Assembly: GCA_018303655.1 (NCBI GenBank)
Contig: JAGVXT010000011.1
Location: 1 to 63,696 of the forward strand
DNA from: Candidatus Woesearchaeota archaeon
Lineage (GTDB): Archaea > Nanobdellota > Nanobdellia > Woesearchaeales > GW2011-AR4
DNA: 63,696 bases
Reading direction: 5' to 3'
The notes under the pieces are model-generated. The model did no database searches. It was not told where the DNA came from and saw only the letters and a list, made by a program, of their open reading frames with translations. Shown in pieces: positions 26,792 through 37,601 of this stretch. A program made the translations under genes and the position numbers. Position 1 is the first letter of the stretch. Every line of letters starts with the position of its first letter.

Positions 26792-29065
26792 CTACTTTTT
26801 TAGTGCGATTACAGCAAAAATATAGCATATAGCGCCTGTTATTAAGGCTGCATTGAAGCCCCAAATCAGCGACACTATCATGGACAGCACTCCGCCAAAT
26901 GTTGATGCAATCCCGTTTATGCCCCACATCCATGGAACCCACCTGTTTGAAAACTTTCCAACTCTCTCCAAACCAAATGGAAAAAACATTCCCATGAAGA
27001 AAGAGGGTAATGCAATAAATACAATTGACAATAATATTTTGAATGGCAAGCTAAAATGAGAAAACTTGGCGAAGATGTAAACCAAAAATGGTATGTAAAG
27101 CGCCATTATAACCACCAAAATCGCCGCTGCGCAATAAACCAAAAATTTAGATTTGTTGTAAAGCTTTGAAGCAAAATAGCTGCCAATTCCGCTAAAAAGC
27201 AGTATTGTGGACAATACAACAGAGAGCGCATAAACGGGGTTTTCTACAAAAATAGTAAATTTGTGAATGAGCACCAGTTCTATCATAATAAAACCAACAC
27301 CTATAAAAAAGAAATAAAACAGGTATTTTAATAAATCACTTCTATACTCATTTTTGTATAATAAAAAAGGAACTGCAAAAGCCACAATCAATGCTGCGGC
27401 TATTATAAAAAACAATATAAAAAGATATTTGATGGAAATAAATTGCATATTTTTAAATGTCAAATCGGTATCTTGGTTTACATTATAATCTTGACTATAA
27501 ACAGAATAAGTATTCCAGTAGAAGGGATGATTGTCTGTAATGTCTATTCTATTTAATTTAAATTTCCTTAAATTCTCAGGTCTCAAAAGCAAGGTTGTTA
27601 ACCCGATTTTTTGTGAATTCTCATTTATTTTTTTGATTTCTTCATCAGTAAATTCAATTTTTTTGAAGATTACTAATGAATATTTATCCCCTTTTACCAA
27701 TATCACGTTATTTTTGAATCCTATTCCCAGTTTATCCATCACCAAAACCCAGTTTTCCATATATCGCATAATGAACCAGTTTATATCTGCCACAGCAAAC
27801 AATCCATCTTCATCAAGGTGGTCAAAATACGATTTCAAAGCTTCTTTAGTGTAAAGATAGTTCTCCAGAAATGCGTAAGATGACAATCCTGCACCACCAT
27901 ACCTTTTAGAACTAGATAGGTATATTAAATCGTATTTATCTGGTGATTTTAAAAGAAAACTTCTCGCTTCTTCTATTGAAAGTTTAACGGAATTGTGATT
28001 ATAAATATTTAGCGAGCGATTGTCTTTCGCCAATTCTTGGGCCCTGTTTATTATCAAAGGGTTTATCTCCACTGCCGTTACTTTGCCATTCCCGGCATGG
28101 ACAGACATAACAACTTCCAAACCGGCGCCAGAGCCAATAATGAGAGAATTTGTATAGTTTTTTATAGTGTAAGGGAGATACTTTAAGGATCCTTCAAGAA
28201 ATTCCATTTTTTTTGGTTTGAACTCAACAAAAGTAGTTGTACCTATGCAATCAATCTTCATTTCATAAATATTTACATCCTGCGGTAATTGCCCAAACCC
28301 TGTACTAAAGTAGGGTATACCATGCTGCAGTTGATATGTATCAATTTGTGAAAAAGAGTTTGTCTCAGAAAATATTGGCTTTGTTTGATTTGGGCACACT
28401 ATGCTGAATGCCGGCAGAAAATAAGATAGTGCCACCAAAAATGCTATAAAGAGTCCAGCCAAGAACAATAAATATTTTGCATCTGGTTTTTTATCAAAAT
28501 TAATTAACAATAGGGGCAGAAATGAAAGAGCAAATACCAATATGATTGTTTTTTCCATACCAAAAATATCAAGCAAAAATATTGCAAGAAAAACCCCAAT
28601 CGCAGACCCGGCCATGCTAAAAAAATAGATTAAGTGGATTCTTTTAACATAAACTGTGAAGATTATGCCTGCGCAAACGCCCCAAACTAAATAAACAAAA
28701 AAAGTCAAAGTGAAAAACAAAATTTTGGCCAGAAGTTGGGAATTGATTAGGTAGTGCAAAGCAAAAAAAGGCGTTAAAAGCAGGAATAGATATAAGATTA
28801 TAGAAATTTGGAGTGTCTTGTCATAATTATTTCTTGATATGAGTGATTCATAAAAAAAATAAACAAATATACCGCCTAAACCTATGCTGAGAATTGCTGA
28901 AGATATCAGTATAAACTGGAAATCACTCCCAAACGAGACTTTAGAAACTCGCGTGAACATTATTTCTAGCATTAGCAGGGAAACAGATAGTAAAAAAAGC
29001 GCAAATCCTGAAAAGTATACACTGAATTTTTTCCCTTTGCCGAGATTATACCTTTTGTTTAGCAA
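26792..29065 (-). CDS. Polytopic membrane protein with a central spermidine-synthase-like SAM-binding domain
   Basis: LIIGSGAG, VTAVEINP, EEARSFL, ENYLYT, flanked by TM bundles ending WGING. Confidence 0.85.
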   Translation of the reverse strand: MLNKRYNLGKGKKFSVYFSGFALFLLSVSLLMLEIMFTRVSKVSFGSDFQFILISSAILSIGLGGIFVYFFYESLISRNNYDKTLQISIILYLFLLLTPFFALHYLINSQLLAKILFFTLTFFVYLVWGVCAGIIFTVYVKRIHLIYFFSMAGSAIGVFLAIFLLDIFGMEKTIILVFALSFLPLLLINFDKKPDAKYLLFLAGLFIAFLVALSYFLPAFSIVCPNQTKPIFSETNSFSQIDTYQLQHGIPYFSTGFGQLPQDVNIYEMKIDCIGTTTFVEFKPKKMEFLEGSLKYLPYTIKNYTNSLIIGSGAGLEVVMSVHAGNGKVTAVEINPLIINRAQELAKDNRSLNIYNHNSVKLSIEEARSFLLKSPDKYDLIYLSSSKRYGGAGLSSYAFLENYLYTKEALKSYFDHLDEDGLFAVADINWFIMRYMENWVLVMDKLGIGFKNNVILVKGDKYSLVIFKKIEFTDEEIKKINENSQKIGLTTLLLRPENLRKFKLNRIDITDNHPFYWNTYSVYSQDYNVNQDTDLTFKNMQFISIKYLFILFFIIAAALIVAFAVPFLLYKNEYRSDLLKYLFYFFFIGVGFIMIELVLIHKFTIFVENPVYALSVVLSTILLFSGIGSYFASKLYNKSKFLVYCAAAILVVIMALYIPFLVYIFAKFSHFSLPFKILLSIVFIALPSFFMGMFFPFGLERVGKFSNRWVPWMWGINGIASTFGGVLSMIVSLIWGFNAALITGAICYIFAVIALKK

Positions 29066-29086
29066 AATAATCTTTCCTCATCTCAT

Positions 29087-29710
29087 TCAAATGGTTTTAT
29101 TCATAATACACGCTTTTTTTTGAGAAAATAATAAATTCTTTGGGTTCAATTCCATAGCTTTATTAAAGTTTATTTTTGCAGCATTAAAATCTTTTATTTT
29201 GCATTGTAATTGTGCAAGCTTATAATAAAGATGCGAATTACTTGGATCTAAGTCTATAGCTTTATTAAGATATAAGATTGCATCTGTATTCTGATTTCTC
29301 CTTGCAAAACATAACCCCAGATAGGTGTATATTTCTGAACTAGGTTTGTTGTTCAATAAGTATTCATTAAATAATTCAATAGATTTATCATAGTCATTTT
29401 CTCTGCATAAAATATCTGCTTCCAAAATCAATTTAGAAATTTCTGATTTGACACTAATGCTTCTGATTATATAAAAAAATAAAACAATAAGTACCAAAAT
29501 TGCAAAAAAAGAGGATATAAATACAATTTTATTTTTATTTTTCGAAAGATGTTTTATGTGATTGTCTACTTTTTCTGGATGCCAACCAGATTTGACAAGA
29601 ACCATCCTTATTTCTTCTAAACTATGCCCTCTATCAACCTCCCTTTTTATATAACTCAAAAGTTTTTCATCGAGTATTGTAAAATTTCTAAAATTATCTT
29701 TATTGTCCAC
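29087..29710 (-). CDS. Membrane-anchored TPR protein
   Basis: Small N-terminal helical domain (YIK..RGHS.EEI...L..SGW), TM, TPRs. Confidence 0.8.
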   Translation of the reverse strand: MDNKDNFRNFTILDEKLLSYIKREVDRGHSLEEIRMVLVKSGWHPEKVDNHIKHLSKNKNKIVFISSFFAILVLIVLFFYIIRSISVKSEISKLILEADILCRENDYDKSIELFNEYLLNNKPSSEIYTYLGLCFARRNQNTDAILYLNKAIDLDPSNSHLYYKLAQLQCKIKDFNAAKINFNKAMELNPKNLLFSQKKACIMNKTI

Positions 29711-29764
29711 ACCTGCACCTCTTTTTCCTACAACAGAATTGGTGGTTTATAAAAACCTTTCTGA

Positions 29765-30364
29765 TTACCTAGAACTATCGCTTTGCCTTTCTATCTCCAT
29801 CTTTTTTGCTATTGCATGTGATGCATTGCTCATCCTGTAAGCTCCCATTATCTCTTCAGCAAGACTATTGACAATTGACTTCTTTGTGTTGAAAGTCCTG
29901 TGGTATGCCCCTTGGGTCATGTGCTTGAGCACCAAGTCCACCCTTCTTTGAGGCGAGCATTCAAGTGCTTTTGGATAGCGGGCTCCTCCATATTCAATTG
30001 TGATTATCTCCTCCCTTTGGGCTGCATTCTCCAAAGCCTTTACAAAAACCTTGATTGGGTTTTCCTTTGTTGTTTTTTCAATATGCTTGAATGCCTCTTC
30101 AACAATGTCATAGGCTGTCTGCGCTTTTCCTGTGATATGGCCGCTTGTCTTGTAATGCTTCTTGCTTTTATGGCCGGGCACCATCAGCTTGTTTATCAGG
30201 CGCTCAACAATAAACACCCTGCTCTTGTAGAACCTGTTGCCTGCATACCTTGCACCTGTCCTTGGCACAATCCTGGGCTTCAAAGTAATATAAGACTGCA
30301 ATCCAAGGTCGTCAACCTTGATTCCTTCCAGGCTCCACCTGTTAAAAGCTTTTATTTCTGACAT
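29765..30364 (-). CDS. rps7: 30S ribosomal protein S7 (uS7)
   Basis: IVERLINKLM, ENPIKVFVKALEN, YGGARYP, SPQRRVD. Confidence 0.97.
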   Translation of the reverse strand: MSEIKAFNRWSLEGIKVDDLGLQSYITLKPRIVPRTGARYAGNRFYKSRVFIVERLINKLMVPGHKSKKHYKTSGHITGKAQTAYDIVEEAFKHIEKTTKENPIKVFVKALENAAQREEIITIEYGGARYPKALECSPQRRVDLVLKHMTQGAYHRTFNTKKSIVNSLAEEIMGAYRMSNASHAIAKKMEIERQSDSSR

Positions 30365-30422
30365 TTTGTTGTTTTTATTTTTTTATTATTTTTAATTTGA
30401 TTTTTATTGAGGTATATTTAAT

Positions 30423-30860
30423 TTACTTCCTTGCTTTTTCTATCCTTCCCTTCAATAAAGCATCAAGGCTTTGGTCATTTACCTTTATGACCTGCCATCT
30501 GACTCCGGGAATGTCGCCTTTGCTTTTGCCCATTGCGCCTCCGATGCACTCTATGATTACTTCATCGTGCTCGTCAATCATCTTTGTTGCGCCGTCTCTA
30601 GGGCAGAAAGCCGTTACTTGCTTGCCATTTTTTATAAGCTGAACCCTGACGCATTTTCTCATACCGGAGTTCGGCTGCTTTGCCTCTAATTGCACTTTTT
30701 CCAAGACAATTCCCCGTGCCTGTGAAGCGCCTCCCAATGGGTCAGAGCGTTCCTTTAATCTCAATATTCTTTGTATATATGGCCTATAGTGCCATCTGCC
30801 ATCGCTTCTTCTTGATTTCAGCTTCTTGCCTGCATTCAACCCGCGTGATTTATTTGACAT
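30423..30860 (-). CDS. rps12: 30S ribosomal protein S12 (uS12)
   Basis: [30 protein letters not shown]. Confidence 0.98.
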   Translation of the reverse strand: MSNKSRGLNAGKKLKSRRSDGRWHYRPYIQRILRLKERSDPLGGASQARGIVLEKVQLEAKQPNSGMRKCVRVQLIKNGKQVTAFCPRDGATKMIDEHDEVIIECIGGAMGKSKGDIPGVRWQVIKVNDQSLDALLKGRIEKARK

Positions 30861-31048
30861 ATTAGCTTGGTATTTTTAAGCGATTTTTAAAGGTTTGTAT
30901 GACAAGGCTTTGTGTTATCCATAAATTAAAAGGCAATAGAGTTATTTATAAAATACAAAAGTTTGGGGTTACGCACAGATTAATAAAGAGCAAAGATTTA
31001 AATAAATATAATCCTTACTATAGAGTAGTTATGGAATAAGGTGGAATA

Positions 31049-32014
31049 ATGCAAATAGAACCTTTTGAAAAATTAGTCCAACAAGCAACTGAAGAACTGT
31101 ACAGAAAACATCCTTGGTTAAGAAGAAAAATGATAAGAATTAAAGATGAAACTGTAGTCGAATATAGTGACGCCCAGTATTATCAATATATTTTACCGCG
31201 ATACCTATTCGAAGGCGTTGAAGACACAGAAAAATTGGAGGAGTGGTTTTTAGCTGAGACAAATAGCGGCTCACAAAAATTTAAAAGGGTATTGGAACTT
31301 GCATGTGGAAATGGAAGAGGCACACGTATAGTTGCCAAATATGCAAACGAACTGGATGCTGTAGATCTAAGCCCTTCGATGATAAGTAGCGCTCAAACTG
31401 TAAAGAATCTTACTAATGTTCGGTTTTATCGAGGAGATATGTTTGAATTTACCAATAAATTAGCTCGTGAAAATAGACTCCATGAGTATGATTTAATTTT
31501 TTCATTTTGGGGAATATTTTATGGTACAAATGACGAATTCATAACAGTAGACCAGCATGGAAATTTATTGGCTTTAGACCCACAAAGCGCTACCCAAAAA
31601 GCAGAAAGAAATCTAAGAACACTTTTTGACAATTTAACTCAAGGTACACAATTTTTATTCTTTCATGTAAGAAGTGATACTGAAGAACAGCTGATATATA
31701 GGCCAATTATAGGGGCTTATTGCAGTGCATTTATGCCACCAAGACCTACACCAAGCGAAATTATATTGAAAAAAGTTTTAGACAGTAGCGGAGTAGACTA
31801 TCAATGGAGAAATGTAGGTGGTTTTGTTGAGTATCCTTCTTTAGAAAAGGCTCTTGAAGTTAACTTGAATTTCCATTTAAAGGGATTCTTTAATGACAGA
31901 CTGGAATTGCCAATCATTTATCTTATCATAAGCAATGGACTACACCGTCACATACAAGAACAAAAAGTTAAAATGAGTGCTGGTTATATACATATAGAAG
32001 GGGTAAAAAGATGA
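31049..32014 (+). CDS. Class I SAM-dependent methyltransferase
   Basis: VLELACGNGRG, AVDLSPSMI. Confidence 0.85.
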   Translation: MQIEPFEKLVQQATEELYRKHPWLRRKMIRIKDETVVEYSDAQYYQYILPRYLFEGVEDTEKLEEWFLAETNSGSQKFKRVLELACGNGRGTRIVAKYANELDAVDLSPSMISSAQTVKNLTNVRFYRGDMFEFTNKLARENRLHEYDLIFSFWGIFYGTNDEFITVDQHGNLLALDPQSATQKAERNLRTLFDNLTQGTQFLFFHVRSDTEEQLIYRPIIGAYCSAFMPPRPTPSEIILKKVLDSSGVDYQWRNVGGFVEYPSLEKALEVNLNFHLKGFFNDRLELPIIYLIISNGLHRHIQEQKVKMSAGYIHIEGVKR

Positions 32015-33615
32015 TAGACAAAGAAGTAGTGGATTTGTTTGGAGCAAGCGATTCTTTGAATGTTTCACAAATAGTGGAATATTTGAACATGCTTAGTAAA
32101 TACATATCTCCATTGCTCGGCAAGGGACCATTAACAAAGAAAAAACCTGTAGAGTCAGATAATATATTTGATCACTACCCCAGATCACTGGATCAAGTGT
32201 TCTCAGGCCTCTCAGTATATTTTACGGATTTAGTAAATTGGAGATCGCCTAGAACTCACTTTAATATAACTCCGCCCGTGTGTAATCCTGCAATCGCAGC
32301 AGCAGCTTTAGCACATGTGATGAACCAAACCTTAGTTTCTGATATGGGTTCAGGCAATCTCTCACAGCTAGAATTAGATATCGTAAAATGTTTTGGTGAA
32401 TTGGCAGGCTGGGATAGCAATTCTCCATCAGGAGTATTTACTTTTGGTGGTACTGGAACAAATATATATGGTGTTAAAATAGGTATAAATAAAGCAGATA
32501 GGCATACATCTGAAAGAGGAGTTCATAATGTAGTTACAGTCGATAGTGACCAGTGTCATTCATCACATAGAACTATTGCTGACTGGTTGGGAGTTGGAAT
32601 AAATAACAATATTCAAATACGAGCAGACGAAAGTGGAAGACTTAGAGCAACTGATATAATTAGTACTTTAGATGCATTAATTAAACAAAGCAAAGTTATT
32701 GGATGTGTTACATTAAGCGGAGGAACAACGTACGATTGGAGCATAGATCCTATTAAAGAAGTGAAAGAAGGCATAACAGAATTAGTTGCACGTCATAAGC
32801 TACAATATACTCCACACATACATACTGACGCAGTTATAGGCTGGGTTTATTTATTCTTTAAAAATTATAACTTTGATGCTAATCCATTAAGAATTTCTGA
32901 GAGAACTTTGACTAAAGTAAGGCAAGCCCGTGATAGAATTATTGAACTACGGTATGCAGATTCATTCGGTATAGATTTCCACAAAACAGGATTTTGCCCT
33001 ATAACATCCAGCCTTTTCATGCTTAGAAATAAGGATGATTGGAAAGTTTTAGGAAAAGGTACAGAACATGCTCATCATCAAGCATTTCAATTGGGGAGTT
33101 ATTCTCCTGGTAAGTATACCCTAGAAACATCACGAAGTACAGTAGGTCCTGTCACAACATATGTAACTTTAGCAGCATTGGGTATATCAGGTTACCAAAA
33201 AATAATTGCTGGCCTCGTGGAAGGTGCAGAGGATATGAGAATGCGCATAGAAAGTTCTGAAGGATTTTATAATTGCAACCCTTATGCCTTAGGATGGTGC
33301 ACAATGTTTTTAGTTAGAGATAATAACTCAAAAATTACCATGGAAGACCTATTAACTCATGCACCAGAACACATCACAAAAAAGAGTAATCAACTTCAAA
33401 AAGAGTTTCAGAAATATTTACGGTCTTTATGTTCTGAAAATGGTGGATGGCACATTAGTTGTTCGAATGATTACAAGAAAAGTGCAAGTGGCATAAGCAT
33501 TTCAACATTAAAACTATACCCAATGTCACCATTGTTACAAATTGGAGATAACAGAAATTTAATGGACTGGTTGGAACAAAGAAGAGAAGAATTTCTAGGT
33601 AGGAAAAATGCATAA
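32011..33615 (+). CDS. Group II PLP-dependent amino acid decarboxylase
   Basis: FTFGGTGTN, HSSH, GGTT, HIHTDAVIG, ADSFGIDFHK (PLP lysine). Confidence 0.9.
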   Translation: MIDKEVVDLFGASDSLNVSQIVEYLNMLSKYISPLLGKGPLTKKKPVESDNIFDHYPRSLDQVFSGLSVYFTDLVNWRSPRTHFNITPPVCNPAIAAAALAHVMNQTLVSDMGSGNLSQLELDIVKCFGELAGWDSNSPSGVFTFGGTGTNIYGVKIGINKADRHTSERGVHNVVTVDSDQCHSSHRTIADWLGVGINNNIQIRADESGRLRATDIISTLDALIKQSKVIGCVTLSGGTTYDWSIDPIKEVKEGITELVARHKLQYTPHIHTDAVIGWVYLFFKNYNFDANPLRISERTLTKVRQARDRIIELRYADSFGIDFHKTGFCPITSSLFMLRNKDDWKVLGKGTEHAHHQAFQLGSYSPGKYTLETSRSTVGPVTTYVTLAALGISGYQKIIAGLVEGAEDMRMRIESSEGFYNCNPYALGWCTMFLVRDNNSKITMEDLLTHAPEHITKKSNQLQKEFQKYLRSLCSENGGWHISCSNDYKKSASGISISTLKLYPMSPLLQIGDNRNLMDWLEQRREEFLGRKNA

Positions 33616-33627
33616 ACAAATAATAAT

Positions 33628-34443
33628 ATGATTAACAAACAAGCTGTAGAAAGTTTGGAGGAAAAACTTTCGCCAGAATTTAAAGGGTTAATGGGAAGAT
33701 TACAAGCCGAACAAAAAATAGTTGCAGCACTCTTATGTGGTTCACGTTCCCAAGGCACAGCTAGAAGTTATTCTGATTTTGATATATTCCTCATTACAAA
33801 CGGATACAATAAAGGAAATGTGCAGGTTGTTCATTATAAAGTTGGTCAAAAAAGGTTGGATGTTATGCTATATGAATATGGAACTATACTTAGAGAAAAC
33901 GAATTTGATGTGAGATTATTAAGTGTTCTTTTAAGAAATGCTTTGCCTCTATTTTCTCGAAATGAACGTCTGGTAGAGCAGTTAGGAAAATATATTAGGA
34001 ATACGCTTCATCATCAAACAGGTGAGCTCGAAAGACAGTCTATTTGGTATAACTTTATTTGGAATACTGGCAAGGCAAAATCTTATCAAAGTTCAAATCC
34101 AGAATTAGCTGAAGCCATTGTAATGGAGACATACTACTTCATTGGATTGTTTTATGCAAAACTTCATGGACAGGAGATATATAGCTTTGCTGAGAGTTTA
34201 AACTTTATGCAACAAATGAGCCCCAACTTTTGGAGAAAGTATAAGTCGGCATTAACACAACAAGATAGAATTAAAGCCGTGACAAATCTACTTCGAGAAT
34301 TACCTAGTGCTGATTTTTATTTGTCGCACAGTTCCTATGTTGAACTTGATAGTTTTATTAGTCCTTTAACCGTAGTCCCACCTTCATCGGACAGACATAT
34401 TGCATTTCAAAAATCCATGGACAGATTGATATTAGGATTATAA
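33628..34443 (+). CDS. Pol-beta superfamily nucleotidyltransferase with a helical C-domain
   Basis: CGSRSQGTARSYSDFDIF (GS...DxD) and a third Asp in RLDV. Confidence 0.85.
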   Translation: MINKQAVESLEEKLSPEFKGLMGRLQAEQKIVAALLCGSRSQGTARSYSDFDIFLITNGYNKGNVQVVHYKVGQKRLDVMLYEYGTILRENEFDVRLLSVLLRNALPLFSRNERLVEQLGKYIRNTLHHQTGELERQSIWYNFIWNTGKAKSYQSSNPELAEAIVMETYYFIGLFYAKLHGQEIYSFAESLNFMQQMSPNFWRKYKSALTQQDRIKAVTNLLRELPSADFYLSHSSYVELDSFISPLTVVPPSSDRHIAFQKSMDRLILGL

Positions 34444-34479
34444 ATGTCCTATAAATAAGTAAAAATTTTAGTCTTAAAA

Positions 34480-35214
34480 ATGAATCCAGATCAATTAGAA
34501 ATAGTATGTTGGGATGAAAAGTGGAAAGACCTACTAGGTAGAAGAGATGTGTCAAATTTTACCGATCCTGATAACATAAGGTATTACAGAGCATTTAATG
34601 GAGTAGTCAATAAAGTAACAGGGCCTGCTTATTCGGCATGTGAATTTGGATGTGGTAGCGGGACTCATCTTATTTACGCGCGAGATTTATTTGAGAGACT
34701 TTATTTTGTTGATGGCAGTCCAAATGCATTGTTGTATGCCGAATTTTTGTTAAGTATGCCAGGAGGATCAAAAAAAGGTTCATTTATAAAAGATAATGTG
34801 TTAGATTCTAAACTTGAGTCAGATTTATTTTATTTTACATTTAATTCCGGCGTCATAGAGCATTATTCAGAAGAAGATATCTTTAGAATTCTTCAAAATA
34901 TGCGAAGGGTTTCAAAACCAGGAGGAAAGGTACTGGTAGCTTGGCCGAATTTGTTGAGTATTGCTTCTGTATATCTAAGACTTACTGGCCATAGTCTTAC
35001 AACTGAAAGATATTATAGACCGAAAAAAATTAGAAATATAACATTAGAAGCAGGACTCTCAGGCATACAATCATACAATTTCCCTATTGTATGGCCGCCT
35101 GGATTTAGTCAGAATTTCTATGCAAGAACTTCTGGAATAGAAAGAATGCTAGCTAATATGGGTATGGGATTTTTACATATTTTATCAGCTGAAAAGGTAG
35201 GTCGTACAAAATAA
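34480..35214 (+). CDS. Class I SAM-dependent methyltransferase
   Basis: EFGCGSG, NSGVIEHY, RVSKPGG. Confidence 0.9.
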   Translation: MNPDQLEIVCWDEKWKDLLGRRDVSNFTDPDNIRYYRAFNGVVNKVTGPAYSACEFGCGSGTHLIYARDLFERLYFVDGSPNALLYAEFLLSMPGGSKKGSFIKDNVLDSKLESDLFYFTFNSGVIEHYSEEDIFRILQNMRRVSKPGGKVLVAWPNLLSIASVYLRLTGHSLTTERYYRPKKIRNITLEAGLSGIQSYNFPIVWPPGFSQNFYARTSGIERMLANMGMGFLHILSAEKVGRTK

Positions 35215-35227
35215 TCTATTAACTAAA

Positions 35228-35953
35228 ATGGAGAGTTCAAAAGACGCAGTAGGACAATTATTGATTGCACATTACCGAGGATTTGAAAGTTATGAGATTT
35301 TAGAAAGAGAAGACGGTGTTATAGGCTTGTCCGAAGGTCCTGCAAGATACTTTCTTGATTATAGTCAGTGGCCTGAAAACGAGAAACAAGCCATAAAACA
35401 TGCGAAAGGAAAAATTCTCGATGTAGGATGTGGTAGTGGAAGATTTTTGTCATATTTGCGAAAAAATGGATTTAATGTATTGGGGATTGATAATTCTCCT
35501 TTAGCAGTAGAAGTATGTAGACTTAGGGGATTAAAAGCGAAAGTTCTGGATTTGTTTGACATTGATAAACTTGATGAGAAATTTGATACTATATTAATGA
35601 TGTGGAATAACTTTGGTTTATTTGGAAGTAGAGATAGAGTGAAAAATGGTTTAGATTTATTTTACAGAATGACAAATGAAAGCTCTGTTATCATAGCTGA
35701 CAGTACCGATCCACACACAACTAATGAAGAAATCCATAAAGAATATCATAAATTAAATATTATGAAAGGGAGGATGTCAGGTCAACTAAGAATTCGAGTG
35801 AGATTTAAACAATATGCTTCAAACTGGTTTGATTATTTGTTAGTATCGGAACAGGAGATGAGAGAGGTAATAGACGGAACAGGATGGAGATTAGGCACTG
35901 TTTACAGGTGTAATTCATCATCTTATATTGCAATATTGGAAAAAATATGTTAA
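35228..35953 (+). CDS. Class I SAM-dependent methyltransferase
   Basis: ILDVGCGSGR, GIDNSP, NNFGLFG. Confidence 0.9.
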   Translation: MESSKDAVGQLLIAHYRGFESYEILEREDGVIGLSEGPARYFLDYSQWPENEKQAIKHAKGKILDVGCGSGRFLSYLRKNGFNVLGIDNSPLAVEVCRLRGLKAKVLDLFDIDKLDEKFDTILMMWNNFGLFGSRDRVKNGLDLFYRMTNESSVIIADSTDPHTTNEEIHKEYHKLNIMKGRMSGQLRIRVRFKQYASNWFDYLLVSEQEMREVIDGTGWRLGTVYRCNSSSYIAILEKIC

Positions 35954-35997
35954 AGGTGTAAAAATTAAAAGCATAAGTAGTAATTAGATTATCCAAA

Positions 35998-36642
35998 ATG
36001 ATAGAAGCTGTTATATTTGATATGGATGGAGTAATTATAGACACTGAGTCTTTCTCAGAATCGGTAGAGTTACCCTTCTTAAAGTCTAGGGCATTGGAAT
36101 GGAAAGAAGGTTACGAAAATCAGATCAGAGGTTCATCTCCTGAAAATGTTTACAATTTCTTAAAAACACATGGTGGTGTAAAAGCAGAATTAAGAGAATT
36201 TCTGACACAATATTGGTTACTGAGTGAGGATGTGTATAATAATCAAGTTTCTTTGACAAATGGCTTCCATGAAACAGTTCAAAATTTAAGAGCGAATAAT
36301 CTAAAAATAGCTTTAGCGTCATCGACACCAAGAAAGTTTGTTGATATTGTTGTAAACAGATTTAGTCTTAGTCCATACTTTGAAGTTATAATGAGTGGAG
36401 ACAACATATTACATCCAAAACCACACCCAGAAATATATTTAGTAACTATGCAAAAAATGGGAATTACTGCACCTAATGCAGTTGCTGTTGAGGATTCCTA
36501 CAATGGATTTTTGTCAGCAAAAAGAGCCTGCTTAAAAGGTATAGGATTAAAAACAAACTATAATAAATCTCATTTGTATTTAAGTGATACAACAATAAGT
36601 GACCTTCGTGAATTAACATTAGACAAGCTTCTTACATTATAG
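35998..36642 (+). CDS. HAD-family phosphatase (subfamily IA)
   Basis: FDMDGVIIDTE, LASS, KPHPEIY, VEDS. Confidence 0.92.
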   Translation: MIEAVIFDMDGVIIDTESFSESVELPFLKSRALEWKEGYENQIRGSSPENVYNFLKTHGGVKAELREFLTQYWLLSEDVYNNQVSLTNGFHETVQNLRANNLKIALASSTPRKFVDIVVNRFSLSPYFEVIMSGDNILHPKPHPEIYLVTMQKMGITAPNAVAVEDSYNGFLSAKRACLKGIGLKTNYNKSHLYLSDTTISDLRELTLDKLLTL

Positions 36643-36697
36643 ACAAATTTTCATCGTAAAAATAAAATGAAAAAGTTTTTAACCTTATAGGGATTGT

Positions 36698-37546
36698 ATG
36701 TTAAATATGAAGATTAGAATACTAGGTTCTGGAGCTTGGGAAGGGATTCCTGCGCCATTTTGCAAATGTAAAGTATGTGAATTAGCAAAAGAATATCCTA
36801 ATTCAAAAGATCATAGGACCAGACCCGAGATTTTGGTTGAGGGTGATAAAGGAAAATTTCTGATAGAAATAAGTCCAGATATTCGATTACAATCTGCCAA
36901 ATTTAATTTACCTGCAATTAGGAATTTTCTTATAAGCCATTGGCATTTTGACCATATGTACGGACTTATGGACTTGCATGCATGGTCAGAATTAGTCTTG
37001 AGGAGAAAAATTTGTCTTCATTGTTCCAAAGATACATCTAAATGGTTGAATAAAAACTTTAATCATATCAGCAAAAAGATAATAATCCACAAACCATTTG
37101 AATCATTTAGTTTGTACGGTATTATAATCACCGCTATACCAGTCTACCATATGTATACAAAAGATAAGAATTTAAAGGAAGATGAATTAAATAGTACTTT
37201 TGGGTATATTTTAGAAAAAAATAAAAAAAAAGTAGTTTTTCTGCCCGATTATTATAAGTTACCAGCCAAATCTTTAAAATTATGTACAAATGCGGATTTA
37301 CTCATTGTTGATGGAACTTTTTTATTTTCTGAATCTTTTCCTAAGAAATTTTTTCAAAAAATGATATTAACTGATAAAGACCATTTACATGGAAAGGATA
37401 TTTTTGCTTTAATTAAATTACTTAAACCTAAAAAGACCGTTTTTCACAGCATATCACATTTAACCGAAAAATCACATGAGAAATTACAAAATAAGTTACC
37501 TAAAAGTATTATTGTCTCATATGATGGTATAGAATTTGTTTTTTGA
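36698..37546 (+). CDS. Metallo-beta-lactamase fold hydrolase (PhnP-like phosphodiesterase)
   Basis: LGSGAWEGIP..CKCKVC, SHWHFDH, HSISH. Confidence 0.88.
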   Translation: MLNMKIRILGSGAWEGIPAPFCKCKVCELAKEYPNSKDHRTRPEILVEGDKGKFLIEISPDIRLQSAKFNLPAIRNFLISHWHFDHMYGLMDLHAWSELVLRRKICLHCSKDTSKWLNKNFNHISKKIIIHKPFESFSLYGIIITAIPVYHMYTKDKNLKEDELNSTFGYILEKNKKKVVFLPDYYKLPAKSLKLCTNADLLIVDGTFLFSESFPKKFFQKMILTDKDHLHGKDIFALIKLLKPKKTVFHSISHLTEKSHEKLQNKLPKSIIVSYDGIEFVF

Positions 37547-37601
37547 ATATCATATCTTTAAACCCTAATAACAATTTCTAATATTTATTTAATTTTAAAA
37601 A

